DNA of 64,000 nt, taken from NCBI RefSeq assembly GCF_000142905.1, contig NW_013657641.1, positions 254,907 through 318,906 on the forward strand, read 5' to 3'. A program made the position numbers and the translations under genes. Of this stretch, positions 44,225 to 54,931 are shown piece by piece. The stretch's first letter is position 1. Each line of letters begins with the position of its first letter. The DNA comes from Thecamonas trahens ATCC 50062. Lineage: Eukaryota; Protista; Apusomonadida. Under the pieces are notes generated by a model. It was given only the letters and a program-made list of their open reading frames with translations. It was not told the DNA's origin and did no database searches.

Positions 44225-45231
44225 CAGCTTTGCACCGGTGACGGGGCAAGGCCCGCCAGCCAGCGGCGGGCGTTGGCGCTGGTGATGGCGATGACTTCAG
44301 CGAGAGTAGCGTCCCAGGCGACAGCGAGCGCGGCAACGAGCGGCGTGTAGTCAGCAGCCTGCTCGTTGGCCTCGTACTCTTCCAAGTCCGACTCGAGCAG
44401 GACTTGCTCGCGCGGAATAAGGGCAATTGCTGCGTCAGTGAGCTTGGCGCTTCGCGGGCTTGAGTAGTTGATGGCCGGCGAGAGGCCAAAGAACAGGACG
44501 TCCGCGAGCGGGCCGCGGATGGCCAGCAGTGAGGTGATTAGCCCGGCTTTGAGCGAGACCGAATGCAGGGCGACGCCCGACGGAACAAGCCCGCGGCGGC
44601 TCGCGCTTGCCAGAAACTCAAACAGGTAGCCACCGGCCTGGACACAGTGGATGGAGACCGGGAGGCCGCGTGCAGCCGCGAGATCAAACTGGGCCTCAAA
44701 CAGCGGCTTCTGGGCGATGTTAAAGGCCAGCCGATTCCGCCCGTTCCGCGACATCTCGGCGTATCCGTCGGGCACCTCGCCATCGGCCTCGGCTTGCGGA
44801 TGCCAGCCGCGGAACTTGTCGACTCCGATCTCGCCCACAATGACTGTGTGCCCGGCCGCCGCCGCAGCGTCGAGCCGGTCGCCGAGGCGGGCGATGTAGC
44901 TCGCGACGGCGGCCGAGACAGTGGCATCGGTCGGCAGATCGTCGACTCTCAGCGACGGCAGCTCGACAACCGAGGTGGCATACCACGGATGTGTCCCGTA
45001 GCCACCGATGCGCCACGGCGAGGCCGATGCCGACGCCGCTGCCGAGTCTGGGCCCGACTCGAGCCACTCCGCGAGCATGTCCCAGTCGTCGCTCTCGGCG
45101 ACCGCCATGCTCACAGCGCCGGCGCCGACCATTTGGGACTGACCGGATCCCGTGTGGAGGTGGCAGTGGGTGTCTAGCACCTCTGTGCATGCAGCCGGCG
45201 AGAGCGGCGAGAGCGGCGAGAGCGAGGCCAT
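44221..45231 (-). CDS. TatD-family metal-dependent nuclease
   Basis: DTHCHL, GTHPWY, VGEIGVD, PVSIHCV, LHS and LLESD. Confidence 0.9.
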   Translation of the reverse strand: MASLSPLSPLSPAACTEVLDTHCHLHTGSGQSQMVGAGAVSMAVAESDDWDMLAEWLESGPDSAAASASASPWRIGGYGTHPWYATSVVELPSLRVDDLPTDATVSAAVASYIARLGDRLDAAAAAGHTVIVGEIGVDKFRGWHPQAEADGEVPDGYAEMSRNGRNRLAFNIAQKPLFEAQFDLAAARGLPVSIHCVQAGGYLFEFLASASRRGLVPSGVALHSVSLKAGLITSLLAIRGPLADVLFFGLSPAINYSSPRSAKLTDAAIALIPREQVLLESDLEEYEANEQAADYTPLVAALAVAWDATLAEVIAITSANARRWLAGLAPSPVQSC

Positions 45232-45361
45232 GTGTGGAGAGGGGTGTGTGTGTGGCTCGGTTGGTGCGGGCACGCACCCACTCATAACACACGCGGACAC
45301 GCTCTCCGTGAACACCCACGCAAGTGCTTGTGTTTGTCTTGTTCTTTAAGGTCGCTTGGAC

Positions 45362-46442
45362 TTACTTCATCTTGCGGACGTAGAAGTCGAGCTCCTCACC
45401 CTCGAGGACGTAACCGTCGGCGCGGCCGCACTGGCCAGGGCGCGAGGTGAGCTTGGCGTAGAGGCGGCCAGTGTTGAACTGGCGCTTGATGGCCTCCTCG
45501 AGCGGCTCGAGGTCAGCAGCGCGCTTGACGTGCTTGGACTGGCGCTTGACGGCCTCGGGGTTCTTGCCAAGGGCAATGCCGTAGTACGACTTGTAGTACT
45601 GGCGGAACGGGTGGCGTCAATCTGGACAATGGCCGACTTGACCAGGGTCTTGGTACGCAGGAGCTCGTTCGACGTGGCGTTGTACACGACATCGATGATG
45701 CGGCACTTGCGGGTCACAGCTGGTAGCACAGGCAGGCAGGATGTAGATGGTGAGTGGGAGGAGAGGGGAGAGGGAAGTGGGCAGTGGGAGGGGAGGGGGG
45801 GGGGGGGGCGACAATTCGACAATCTCCGGACGGATCACACCGACACAGAAGAGAGAGGGAGGGCGGGAGGAACAAGGAGGGGGGATGGGGAACGAGGCAG
45901 TGCTTACCCTCCGAGGGCCACGAGAAGTTGCCGCAGTCCAGGCGGAGGGCACGGAACTTGTAGTTGCCGCCGCGGACGCGGTACGGGTGGATGCGCTTCT
46001 CAGCGCCCGAAGACACAAGCTTGGTGTTGGCGGCCTGGCGGCCCATCTCGTACTTGCGCTTCTTGCGCCAGCCAGCGCGCTTGCCACCAGTCGCGCGGCG
46101 CTTGTGCCGCGAGTCACGAGAGATACCCTATCCGCACACATGCCGCATACACAACACCTTGTTCTGTGAGTCGCTCGCTGCTCTTAGCCTGCTTGTGGCT
46201 TGTGTTCCGCTCCCAGACTCGGTCCGCCATCACACAAAATAATTGCCCACCGCGAGGCGACGACGGCCAGCCCCCCTAGGTAGCCAGAGGCCATACCCAC
46301 AGGCATAGCCATGCACACAGGCCACAACGAGGACGCACACCTTGCGCTCTATGCCTATCTATGTCTGTGGCATCCTCCTCATGCTCTACCTGGTAGACGC
46401 CCTTCCTGACTGCGCCAATGTGCCCAAAATACTCCGTACCAT
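45362..46442 (-). CDS. RPS8: 40S ribosomal protein S8 (eS8); introns 46128-46439 and 45720-45907; frameshift near 45610
   Basis: M|[17 protein letters not shown]...[17 protein letters not shown]...[23 protein letters not shown]|[28 protein letters not shown]...[22 protein letters not shown]. Confidence 0.95.
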
Positions 46443-46860
46443 GGTCGATGTGTGTGAAGAGAGAAACGGTGCCACTCCATTCTCACTTTGCCTGCTTTGC
46501 CATTCACGCGAGCTCAACTCGCTCGCTGCCACCGAACCGAACCGAATTGGACGAATCGACCCAATCGACTTGAATCCATGATTGACACTCTCGTTGCGTA
46601 GCAACCGATGCTGAGAGGGGGAGGGGGAGGGGGGACTCGCTGTGGTTGCTGGGATGGTGCGCTGGCTTGAGGGGGTGCAGGTGAGAGAGTAGATGGGATG
46701 GGGATGGGGTGGGAGCTGATTATCGCTTGCACTCTCGATCGCCGCGTTCCATCCATAGCTCGACGTCATCAATGGAAGGTCGGCTTGGCTCGTGAGGGGC
46801 AATAGACTTGTCTCGGGAGCCTTGCTGCGGGGCGCGGACAGACGGCGGAGGAGCAAGAGG

Positions 46861-49043
46861 ATGGAGACACTGGCTGCGCTGGCAGAGATCGAGGCGGTGT
46901 CGCCGATGGCGCGGATCGAGGCGTTGGCCGAGGCGCACCATCTGCGGGTGTGGCGGGCGGCTGATGAGAGCATGGTCTCGCTCAAGTACACCAGCGAGAC
47001 CAAGCTGACGAGTACAATGGCGCGCGAGTGCCGTGGGCTGGTGCTGGAGCGCGATGATGGGCAGAGTGCGAGCGGCTGGAGGGTTGCTGCCCGGCCGATG
47101 GACAAGTTCTCAACGCCGGCGAGCCGGATGGCGCGGCCGAGGCGGCGGCCTTTGACTGGCCGTCGGCTCGGGCGTACACCAAGGCCGATGGCACGTGCAT
47201 GCTGCTCTACTACCGAGCATCGATGGAGGCGTGGCAGGTGGCGACACTCGGGTGCGGCGATGGCAGCAATGCGGTGACGCGGAGTGTGGCGGACAAGACT
47301 TGCGGCAAGGCAAGCGGGGCAGTCGAGACAGCGATGCCGGCGTCGGTGAGCACGGCCGGCACCTTTGCCGACCTGTTCTGGGCTGTCTTCCACGACGTCG
47401 AGGGCTATGCACTGCCGGACGACCGGTCGGTGACGTACGTGTTCGAGCTCACTTCGCCGCGGAACCGCGTGGTTGTTGTCCACGATACAGCGGCGCTGGA
47501 GCTGGTGGCGATGCGGGAGACGGCGAGCGGCGATGAACTGCGGCTGGATGCTCCGCAAGGTTCTGGTTTCCGGCCTGTAGCGGAGAGATGGAGGGGGAGA
47601 GCAGGCGACAGTGCGGCATCTGCGCTGGCAACGCTCCGGTCCGAGTTTGTAGGCGTGAGCCCGCTGCGGTTCGAGGGCTACGTGGTGGTCGACGCGGCGT
47701 GGCGGCGGCTCAAGGTCAAGCATCCCGGTTATGTGGCCATCCATCACCTGGACAACCGATTTGATGTCCGCAACGTGACCAACGTCATCCGATCGGGTGA
47801 GTCGAGGGAGTTCCTCACGTACTTTCCTGACTATGCACCGCTCTTTGACGACATTGCGGCACGGTTTGAGCGCCTCGCGGCACAGCTTGCGGCCGAGGCC
47901 GAGGCGCTGGCAAACGTGGGCGCGGGCAAGGCGGCTTCGCGGATGCGGGCCACATCGGTGCTGCCTGAAGCGCTGGCGCTCGTGGCCAGCGGGGCGACAA
48001 AGGTCCGCGGCGCTCTGGCGCAGATTGAGCTCAAGGCGCTGCTCGGCGCGCTGCGGCTGAAGGACGTCAAGGCCAAGTCAGGCAAGCGCAGGGCGGCTCG
48101 AAAGCGGGCGCGCAAGGCGGCTGCGGCCGCAGGAGCTGCGACGCCATGTGGCGGTGGAAGCGACGAGGGTGCAGGCTTGGGCGATGGCTGGATGGCGGCG
48201 GCAAGCCGGTGGCGCCACGGCTCGCCCGACTCGACCGACGTCGACGTGGTTTATGTGGTGCCAGCAGGGGTGGCGCTTCCGAGCTCGAGCGAGCTGATCG
48301 AGTTTGTGAGGAGAGGCAAGGAAGCCGGCGAAGATCGCAACGTGGTGCAGCTCGATGCGAGCGGGCAGGTAGCGTTTACGCTCAAGGGTGAGGCTGACGA
48401 GGTCAACAACGCGCTGGTAGCAACTGTAGGGCTGCATGCCAGCAACGCCGGGCGCACATGCCCGATTGCGGGCGTCCGGCGGCGGCGGGTGCTGCAAAAG
48501 GCGCTCAATGTGAGCTCTGCACTGGCGGGTATTGTGGCACACGCGACGAGCGACGAGGAGTTGCGGGGCGCGTGTAAGAAGGTGCTCCGCAATCGCGATG
48601 GGCGGGCGCGGTTTGCCGGCCTGGCGCGGGTGCTGGGCGGAGCGAGAGCGGAGCATGTGTGTGCCACCATTGACGTCGACGCGCGCAAGGCCGTGGCGAT
48701 GCAGCTTGGCCTCGCGGTCCTGCTCTCCCGCGGCATCGAGGTGTACACCAAGGGCGAGGTGGCGGCGGCGCTGCCGGGCCTCGCGCCGCTGCTGGGGCGG
48801 GCGGCGGAGCCTGGGGCGGACGCTGTGGGCGCGCTGGGCGATGCCATCGACGAGTGGGCGAGCGGCATGGCCGGACTGCAGTGGAAGAAGGTCAAGGGCG
48901 GATGGATCGAGGTACGGGAAGGGCGAGCCGAAGGCGGAGGCATGGCTGTGGGTGCGGTGGCCGCCGAGGTGCGCGAGGCCGGCAAAGGTGGACTGCGGGT
49001 GCGCAGCAAGGAGTGGCGTGTGGCGTATGAGGGCATGAGGTAA
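46861..49043 (+). CDS. T4 Rnl1-type ATP-dependent RNA ligase fused to a C-terminal Pol-beta-like nucleotidyltransferase domain (frameshift near 47110)
   Basis: Ligase motifs ARECRGLVL, DKF[F]NAGE, YTKADGT (motif I KxDG at 47181), TYVFELTSPRNRVVV, FEGYVVVD and RLKVKHPGY. After a basic linker come HGSPDSTDVDVVY (48216-48245), EDRNVV and KGEADEVNNAL. Confidence 0.8.
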
Positions 49044-49324
49044 AGATGCACGACAGAAGGAGGGGCGGTGGTGTGTGAGAGATGGTGGGCGCCTTGGCGA
49101 GGACCTGGATGTTGTTCAACGGCGCAAAGAGCGCCTTACCGACGTCCGCAAGCACGCGCGCCGCCGCACCCGACGCGCGCGAGTCGCGCCGCGACTCCTT
49201 GAGAGCAAAGTATGGGTTGTTCGCGTCAGGGCACTTATTCAAGTACGACGCCGCGTACGAGTACGACTGCGGCGCGTTCAGCGAGGGGCCCGAGCTCCCG
49301 CGCGCCGCCGGGTCTCTGCGGCAG

Positions 49325-49923
49325 ACACAAAGAGCGCGACGACGTGAATCACCTTGCACGTGGCAAGCACCGAGTTGCCCGAAAGAATGAACGAGCCCCT
49401 GCCCTCTCATCGTCAAGGAGTACAACAACCATATGGGCGGCGTCGATCTCAACTCGCGCCTGCGCGCCTCGCTCTCCACTGCGCCGCCGAGGACGCGCAA
49501 GTGGTGGCACGCCATCTTGTACTGGATGCTGGACGCCGCGCTCATCAACGCGTACGCCCTCTACGCCTATCATCGACGCCCTCGCCGCCAGCGCCGACGC
49601 CGTCGGCTCCACGCCGTCGCGCAAGCGGAAGCGTCCCTCTGCAGCGGCTGCTTGTCATCACCACTCTCCCCAGCAAGCCGCTCTGCGACGCGACTGCCTC
49701 GCCTGCCGGAAGGTTCATGGTAAGCGATCGCGACCGCGGACCTCTTGCGCCGCGTGCGGCGCCCATCTCTGCATCGCCGACTGTTTTCTGTTGTGGCCCA
49801 CTCGTGGCCGCAGCAGACATTAACACATTGAACTACTATTCTACCGCAATTGATGGACGTTGCGACGTCTGTGGAGCGCAGCTTGTGCGACGGACAAATT
49901 TGTCCATTCCGTACCGTAAAGGT
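49325..49923 (+). mobile_element. piggyBac-family transposon remnant, copy 2, ending at TTAA 49924-49927
   Basis: PLIVKEYNNHMGGVD...RTRKWWHAILYWMLDAALINAY, a Cys-rich domain, the subterminal palindrome GGACAAATTTGTCC, and the end GTACCGTAAAGGT followed by TTAA. Frameshifted. Confidence 0.85.
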
Positions 49924-50872
49924 TTAAGCGTCGGCGTTGACGTTGAGGCCCATCGGGACGATGGGGCCGTCGTCCTCGTCCTTGGGCTCGAGGATGGTGA
50001 TGACATCGGGCTGCGGGACCTTGACGCCACCAAGCTTGCCCTCGGGGTCCCAAGGGAGCATGATGGTGACCTTGATGCCGAGAACGCCCTGGCGGAGGAG
50101 GACGTGGCGGGTGGCCTTGTCGAGGTAGGCCTTGGCGGGGTGACCGGTCTTGATCATGTAGCCGTCAACGAACTTCATGGCCTTGGCACGGGCAGCACGG
50201 AGCTTGCCAGTGACGATGACCTCGCAGCCCTTGGCGCCAGCCTCCATGATGAAGCGGACGACACCGTAGCAAGCGCGGCGGACGGGGAGGCCACCGGCGA
50301 GCTTGTAGCGGAGCGACTCGGCCTGGGCAATGGCGCAGAGACCACGGTTCTGGACCTTCTGGGCGTACAGCTCGATGCCGCCGTCGGGGAAGTTGAACCG
50401 CTGCTGGACAACAGCCGTCAGCTCGCGAATGCGGCGGCCGCGCTCGCCAAGCACGTTCTGGGTCTGGGTGGCCTTGATGATGATCTCGGTCCGCGAGGGG
50501 GTGACCCGGACGTTGACACCGGCGTAGCCGTCGTCGGCAAGCTCGGCAGTCAGCATGTCGTTGAGCTCGGCGTAGAACACGCCATCGGCGACAAACTGGT
50601 GACCGTAGTTGCTCACTGTGAGTTGCTTGCCCATCATGACGGTCAGCAGACAGACAAAAGCTGACAAATCGTCCTTTTGCTGGCCATGCCATCCCTCCCT
50701 CCCCCCCACTCCGTCCACCACCACAGACAGCAGGGGCAGTACGCCAGGCCCACACCAGCAAGGTGTACTGTCCACCACCTCCGCCTATACACATGCTGTG
50801 GCTCGGCACCGTATGCTACACCCCACCCTCACCCGCTGGTCGTACCTTGCGCTTCTTAGACACGGCAGCCAT
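49924..50872 (-). CDS. RPS3: 40S ribosomal protein S3 (uS3); intron 50596-50845
   Basis: MAAVSKKRK|[12 protein letters not shown]...[14 protein letters not shown]...[15 protein letters not shown]...[19 protein letters not shown]. Confidence 0.98.
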
Positions 50873-51084
50873 GATTGAATGTGAAAGAGGTGTGGTGAAA
50901 AGCGAGCAGCGGTAAATCCCCAACACTTTTGCCACCCTTGCCCCCCCCGCTCCCCGGCTGGCGAACGATCGGAAACGGAACGAATTGGTCAGGGGGAGGG
51001 GGTGTGGGGTGGGGTGGTGGGGGGGGGGCGGGAGGGGTGGTGGGGGGTGGTGGGGGTGGTGGGGGTAGCTCACTTTGTACCGCA

Positions 51085-51090
51085 ATGAAG

Positions 51091-51136
<46 letters not shown>

Positions 51137-51382
51137 TAGTGTGGTGGTGGTNNNNNNNNNNNNNNNNNNNNNNNNNNNNNNNNNNNNNNNNNNNNNNNNN
51201 NNNNNNNNNNNNNNNNNNNNNNNNNNNNNNNNNNNNNNNNNNNNNNNNNNNNNNNNNNNNNNNNNNNNNNNNNNNNNNNNNNNNNNNNNNNNNNNNNNNN
51301 NNNNNNNNNNNNNNNNNNNNNNTTCCCCCTTTCCCTTCCTCCCTCCTTCTTCCTCCCCTCCCTCCCTCCCTCCCTTCTCCCC

Positions 51383-51421
<39 letters not shown>

Positions 51422-52034
51422 ACCTCACCCCTCCTCCCCCGCCCCTCCCTCCCGCCAGTTCATCTTCTGCGGAGGGCTGGATGCGCCCGACTGGATTCTG
51501 GCAGAGATCACAGTGCTTTCCAAGCTGACGCTGATGCAGATGAAGCGGCTGGTGACCCAGGTGATCCGGTCGATCAAGGACGAGGAGCTCAACTACCAGA
51601 GCATGGCCAAGATTGCAGAGGCTGCAGGCTTCACCGCCTCGGATCTCAAGGCCGCCTTTGCTGGCGTCGACTTTATCATCCGCTCGGCGTCAAAGTACGA
51701 CTGCGAGCCGGAGACGCTCGGCGCCGAGCTGCAGCAGCTGGGTATTCCAGTGGAGATTGGCGGGACGCTTGTCAAGTCGTACGCCAAGGCACTGGACTCG
51801 ATCCGCGACCATCTGGCGGCGACGTCGCTGCATCTGGCTCGCCTCGACGACTTTCAGTGGCGGGTCGACTACCTGTTGACGGGCTCAACCATGCGCGATC
51901 TCAACGTGCCCTCGGTCTCGATGTCGCTGACGTCGACGAGCGGCGAGAAGGTCGCCTTTGAGCTCACCGCCCAAAAGTTCAACGTGCTGTACGACGAGCT
52001 CAAGACGGCGCGGGCACTGATGGAGAGGGTGTGA
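51085..52034 (+). CDS. COMMD4: COMM domain-containing protein 4; intron 51091-51458 (spans a gap)
   Basis: MK|FIFCGGLDAPDWILAEITVLSKL...ELQQLGIP...WRVDY. Confidence 0.9.
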
Positions 52035-52064
52035 GGAGGGCTGTAAAGCAAGGTACGGAGGAAG

Positions 52065-54438
52065 CTACGCGCTCTCGTCGCGAACTACGAGAGCGTTCGA
52101 GGCAGCGTAGCTCGGCTGTTGCTGCTGGGGCTGCGGCTGCTGCGGCTGCTGCTGGGTCGGGGGCGGCGCTTGGGTCTGCCGCTGGGCAGCAACAGCCATT
52201 GGAACGGCCGGCGAAGGGGTGGCCGAGACTTGCATGGGTGCGAGGCCCGGCGAGGGGTGGGCCGAGGGGTGGTCTCTAGCAAGGGTGGTCTGCGGCGGGC
52301 CGGCCGGCTGCATCGGGACGGCCGGCGACGGAGTGGCCGCCACGTTCATGGGCGCAGGTAGCGGAGGGCGCGACGCGGGGACCGACGGCGAGTAGGGCAC
52401 GGGGGCGGCGGCGGCATGTCGCCAGCGCATGGCGCCGGGAGCGTCGGCAGCGTGGCGTAGNNNNNNNNNNNNNNNNNNNNNNNNNNNNNNNNNNNNNNNN
52501 NNNNNNNNNNNNNNNNNNNNNNNNNNNNNNNNNNNNNNNNNNNNNNNNNNNNNNNNNNNNNNNNNNNNNNNNNNNNNNNNNNNNNNNNNNNNNNNNNNNN
52601 NNNNNNNNNNNNNNNNNNNNNNNNNNNNNNNNNNNNNNNNNNNNNNNNNNNNNNNNNNNNNNNNNNNNNNNNNNNNNNNNNNNNNNNNNNNNNNNNNNNN
52701 NNNNNNNNNNNNNNNNNNNNNNNNNNNNNNNNNNNNNNNNNNNNNNNNNNNNNNNNNNNNNNNNNNNNNNNNNNNNNNNNNNNNNNNNNNNNNNNNNNNN
52801 NNNNNNNNNNNNNNNNNNNNNNNNNNNNNNNNNNNNNNNNNNNNNNNNNNNNNNNNNNNNNNNNNNNNNNNNNNNNNNNNNNNNNNNNNNNNNNNNNNNN
52901 NNNNNNNNNNNNNNNNNNNNNNNNNNNNNNNNNNNNNNNNNNNNNNNNNNNNNNNNNNNNNNNNNNNNNNNNNNNNNNNNNNNNNNNNNNNNNNNNNNNN
53001 NNNNNNNNNTGGACGGCGCGGAGCTTGGGGTCGGGAGCGGCTCGCGGAGCGGGCGCACCGCCCGGGCCTTCCACACCCCCTTCCCGTTCTTCTTGACCTT
53101 GAGCAGCTGTGGCTGCTGGGTAAAGTGGCGAAAGGCCTCGGCTTTGGGCTCGCCGCGGGCGGTAAACTCGGCCTCGTATGATTCAAACGCAGCGCTGATC
53201 TTGGCCATCATAGCGTCGAGCTCGTCGCGGCGTTCGCGAAGGAGGAGGCGGCGCTCCCGCTCCTCGCGACGGCGCTCCTCCTCTTCTGCGCGGCGGCGCT
53301 CCTCCTCGGCCTCGGCTAGCGCCTGCTCTTGCTGAGCAATGAGGCGCGCCTGAGCGCGCTCCTCGCGACGGCGGACACGCTCTTCCTTCTCGCGGGCGGC
53401 AGCCTCGGCCTCGGACTCGGCCGCGTGTGCGTCGAGGCGCGACGACCGCCGCGCGCGGGTCCCACGCCGCGCCGCCTCCTCGGCCTCGCGCTCGGCGAGC
53501 TCGCGGGCAAGGCGGAGCGAGGCCTCGCGCTCGGCAGCGCGCTCGCGGCCCTTCTTCATCAGGCGCGACGACATCTTGCGCGGGACCAGCGAGCCGGCGT
53601 GGACTCGCGAGATGCGTGCCTCCTCGGCAGCCTCGGCCTTGAGGTTCGGTAGGATGCGCTTCTTGATGGCCTTGACAAGCTCCTTCTGGTCGAGGTCGCG
53701 CGATCTGCCCAGCTCCTTCAGCACCGCCTTCCAGTCGTCCTCGCTCGACGCAATGTTCTCCCACAAGTCCGGCTCGTCGTCCGGGGTCTCCGTCTCGCGG
53801 TAGAGGCGCAGCCCGCCAAAGTAGTAGTACTGCCGGTCATCAGCGTCGTAGCCGAGGAGCTCGACCCGCAGGTCGTTGCCATGCATGGCGTGTGCCGCCT
53901 CTGTGACTGGCTTGGAGTACTCGAGCTGCCAGAGGCAGAGCGTGTGGAGCATGCACACCCGGTCCTCCAACGTGATGTCCGAATACGACAGATATGGCAC
54001 AGAGCCGTCTTCGTCGGCCTCGAGGTACTCGGCCTCCTCGGCGGCAGCGGCAGCGGCAGCCTCCTCCTCGTCATCCGAAGACGAGCCCATCTCACCGGCG
54101 GCGCGCTTGGCCTCTCTCTCGGCCTTTTGCCGGCGGGCGTGGGCGCGGGCAATCTGGCCGTGCGAGTATGCCGGCGGGCGGAACGGGTTCGAGTCGTCCC
54201 AGTCGTACTCGGCCTCGTAGGTGTCAAAGACCTCTGCGAGGTAGTCGACGTAGGTGAACTCGTCAATGACACGCGACTTTGGCAGCATGGCGCGGAGGAG
54301 AGCAACATGAATATCAGCCAACAGTTGATTGCCAGGCACAACCAAGGCCATCTCTAGATTGGTGACTGTAAACCTGGGACCATCCAGAGCATCAGCAAAG
54401 ACATTACAGAACTGTACAATCGACGGTATCTCCCACAT
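52065..54438 (-). CDS. DDT/WHIM/WSD-domain ISWI partner (CECR2/RSF1-like); interrupted by a gap, both ends uncertain
   Basis: LRTMWEIPSIVQFCNVF...LADIHVALLR, DRVCMLHTLC.WQL, LGYDADDRQYYYFGGLRLYRE and WENIASSEDDW. Pro/Gln-rich tail beyond the gap. Confidence 0.75.
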
Positions 54439-54931
54439 GGTTCTCAGCTCGAGAATTTGCGAGACTACCACCACCAGCACACCCATACCCACACAACAAC
54501 GACGACCACCAGCCATTGCCCCACCAATCACAATGTGAGTCATTCATGTGTACCATGTGGGGGAGGGGGTAGGGGGTAGGGGGTAGGGGGGTGGGGGTGG
54601 GGGGGGGAGGGGAGGGAGGGGAGGGGAGGGGAGGGGCAGGATACTACCATGGGCTAGCCGGCATGGTGGAGGCCGTGGGTGGGTGGGGTTACGGGTGTGG
54701 GAGGGAAGGGGAGAGGGAGGGGAGGGGGGAGGGGAGGAAATGGGGAGTTGGCCTTGCCTACCTTGGTCTGGCGGCAGTAGGCTGAGGTCGCCCATGGTGG
54801 TCGTCGCCGGGGAGGAGAGGGGTGGCCGGAGCCGGAGGATCGGGCGAGAGGAGGGGGGGGGGGCAGGGCAGGGCAGGGCAGGGCAGGGCTGGAGGGTTTG
54901 AGATGGATGCCGGGCATGGGGTCTCTCGCAC

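Noticed and set aside
29195-46442. SMC1, kinesin-14 and RPS8 as pseudogenes
   Set aside because: All motifs are intact and there are no nonsense codons. Single-base indels at homopolymers are better explained as sequencing errors.
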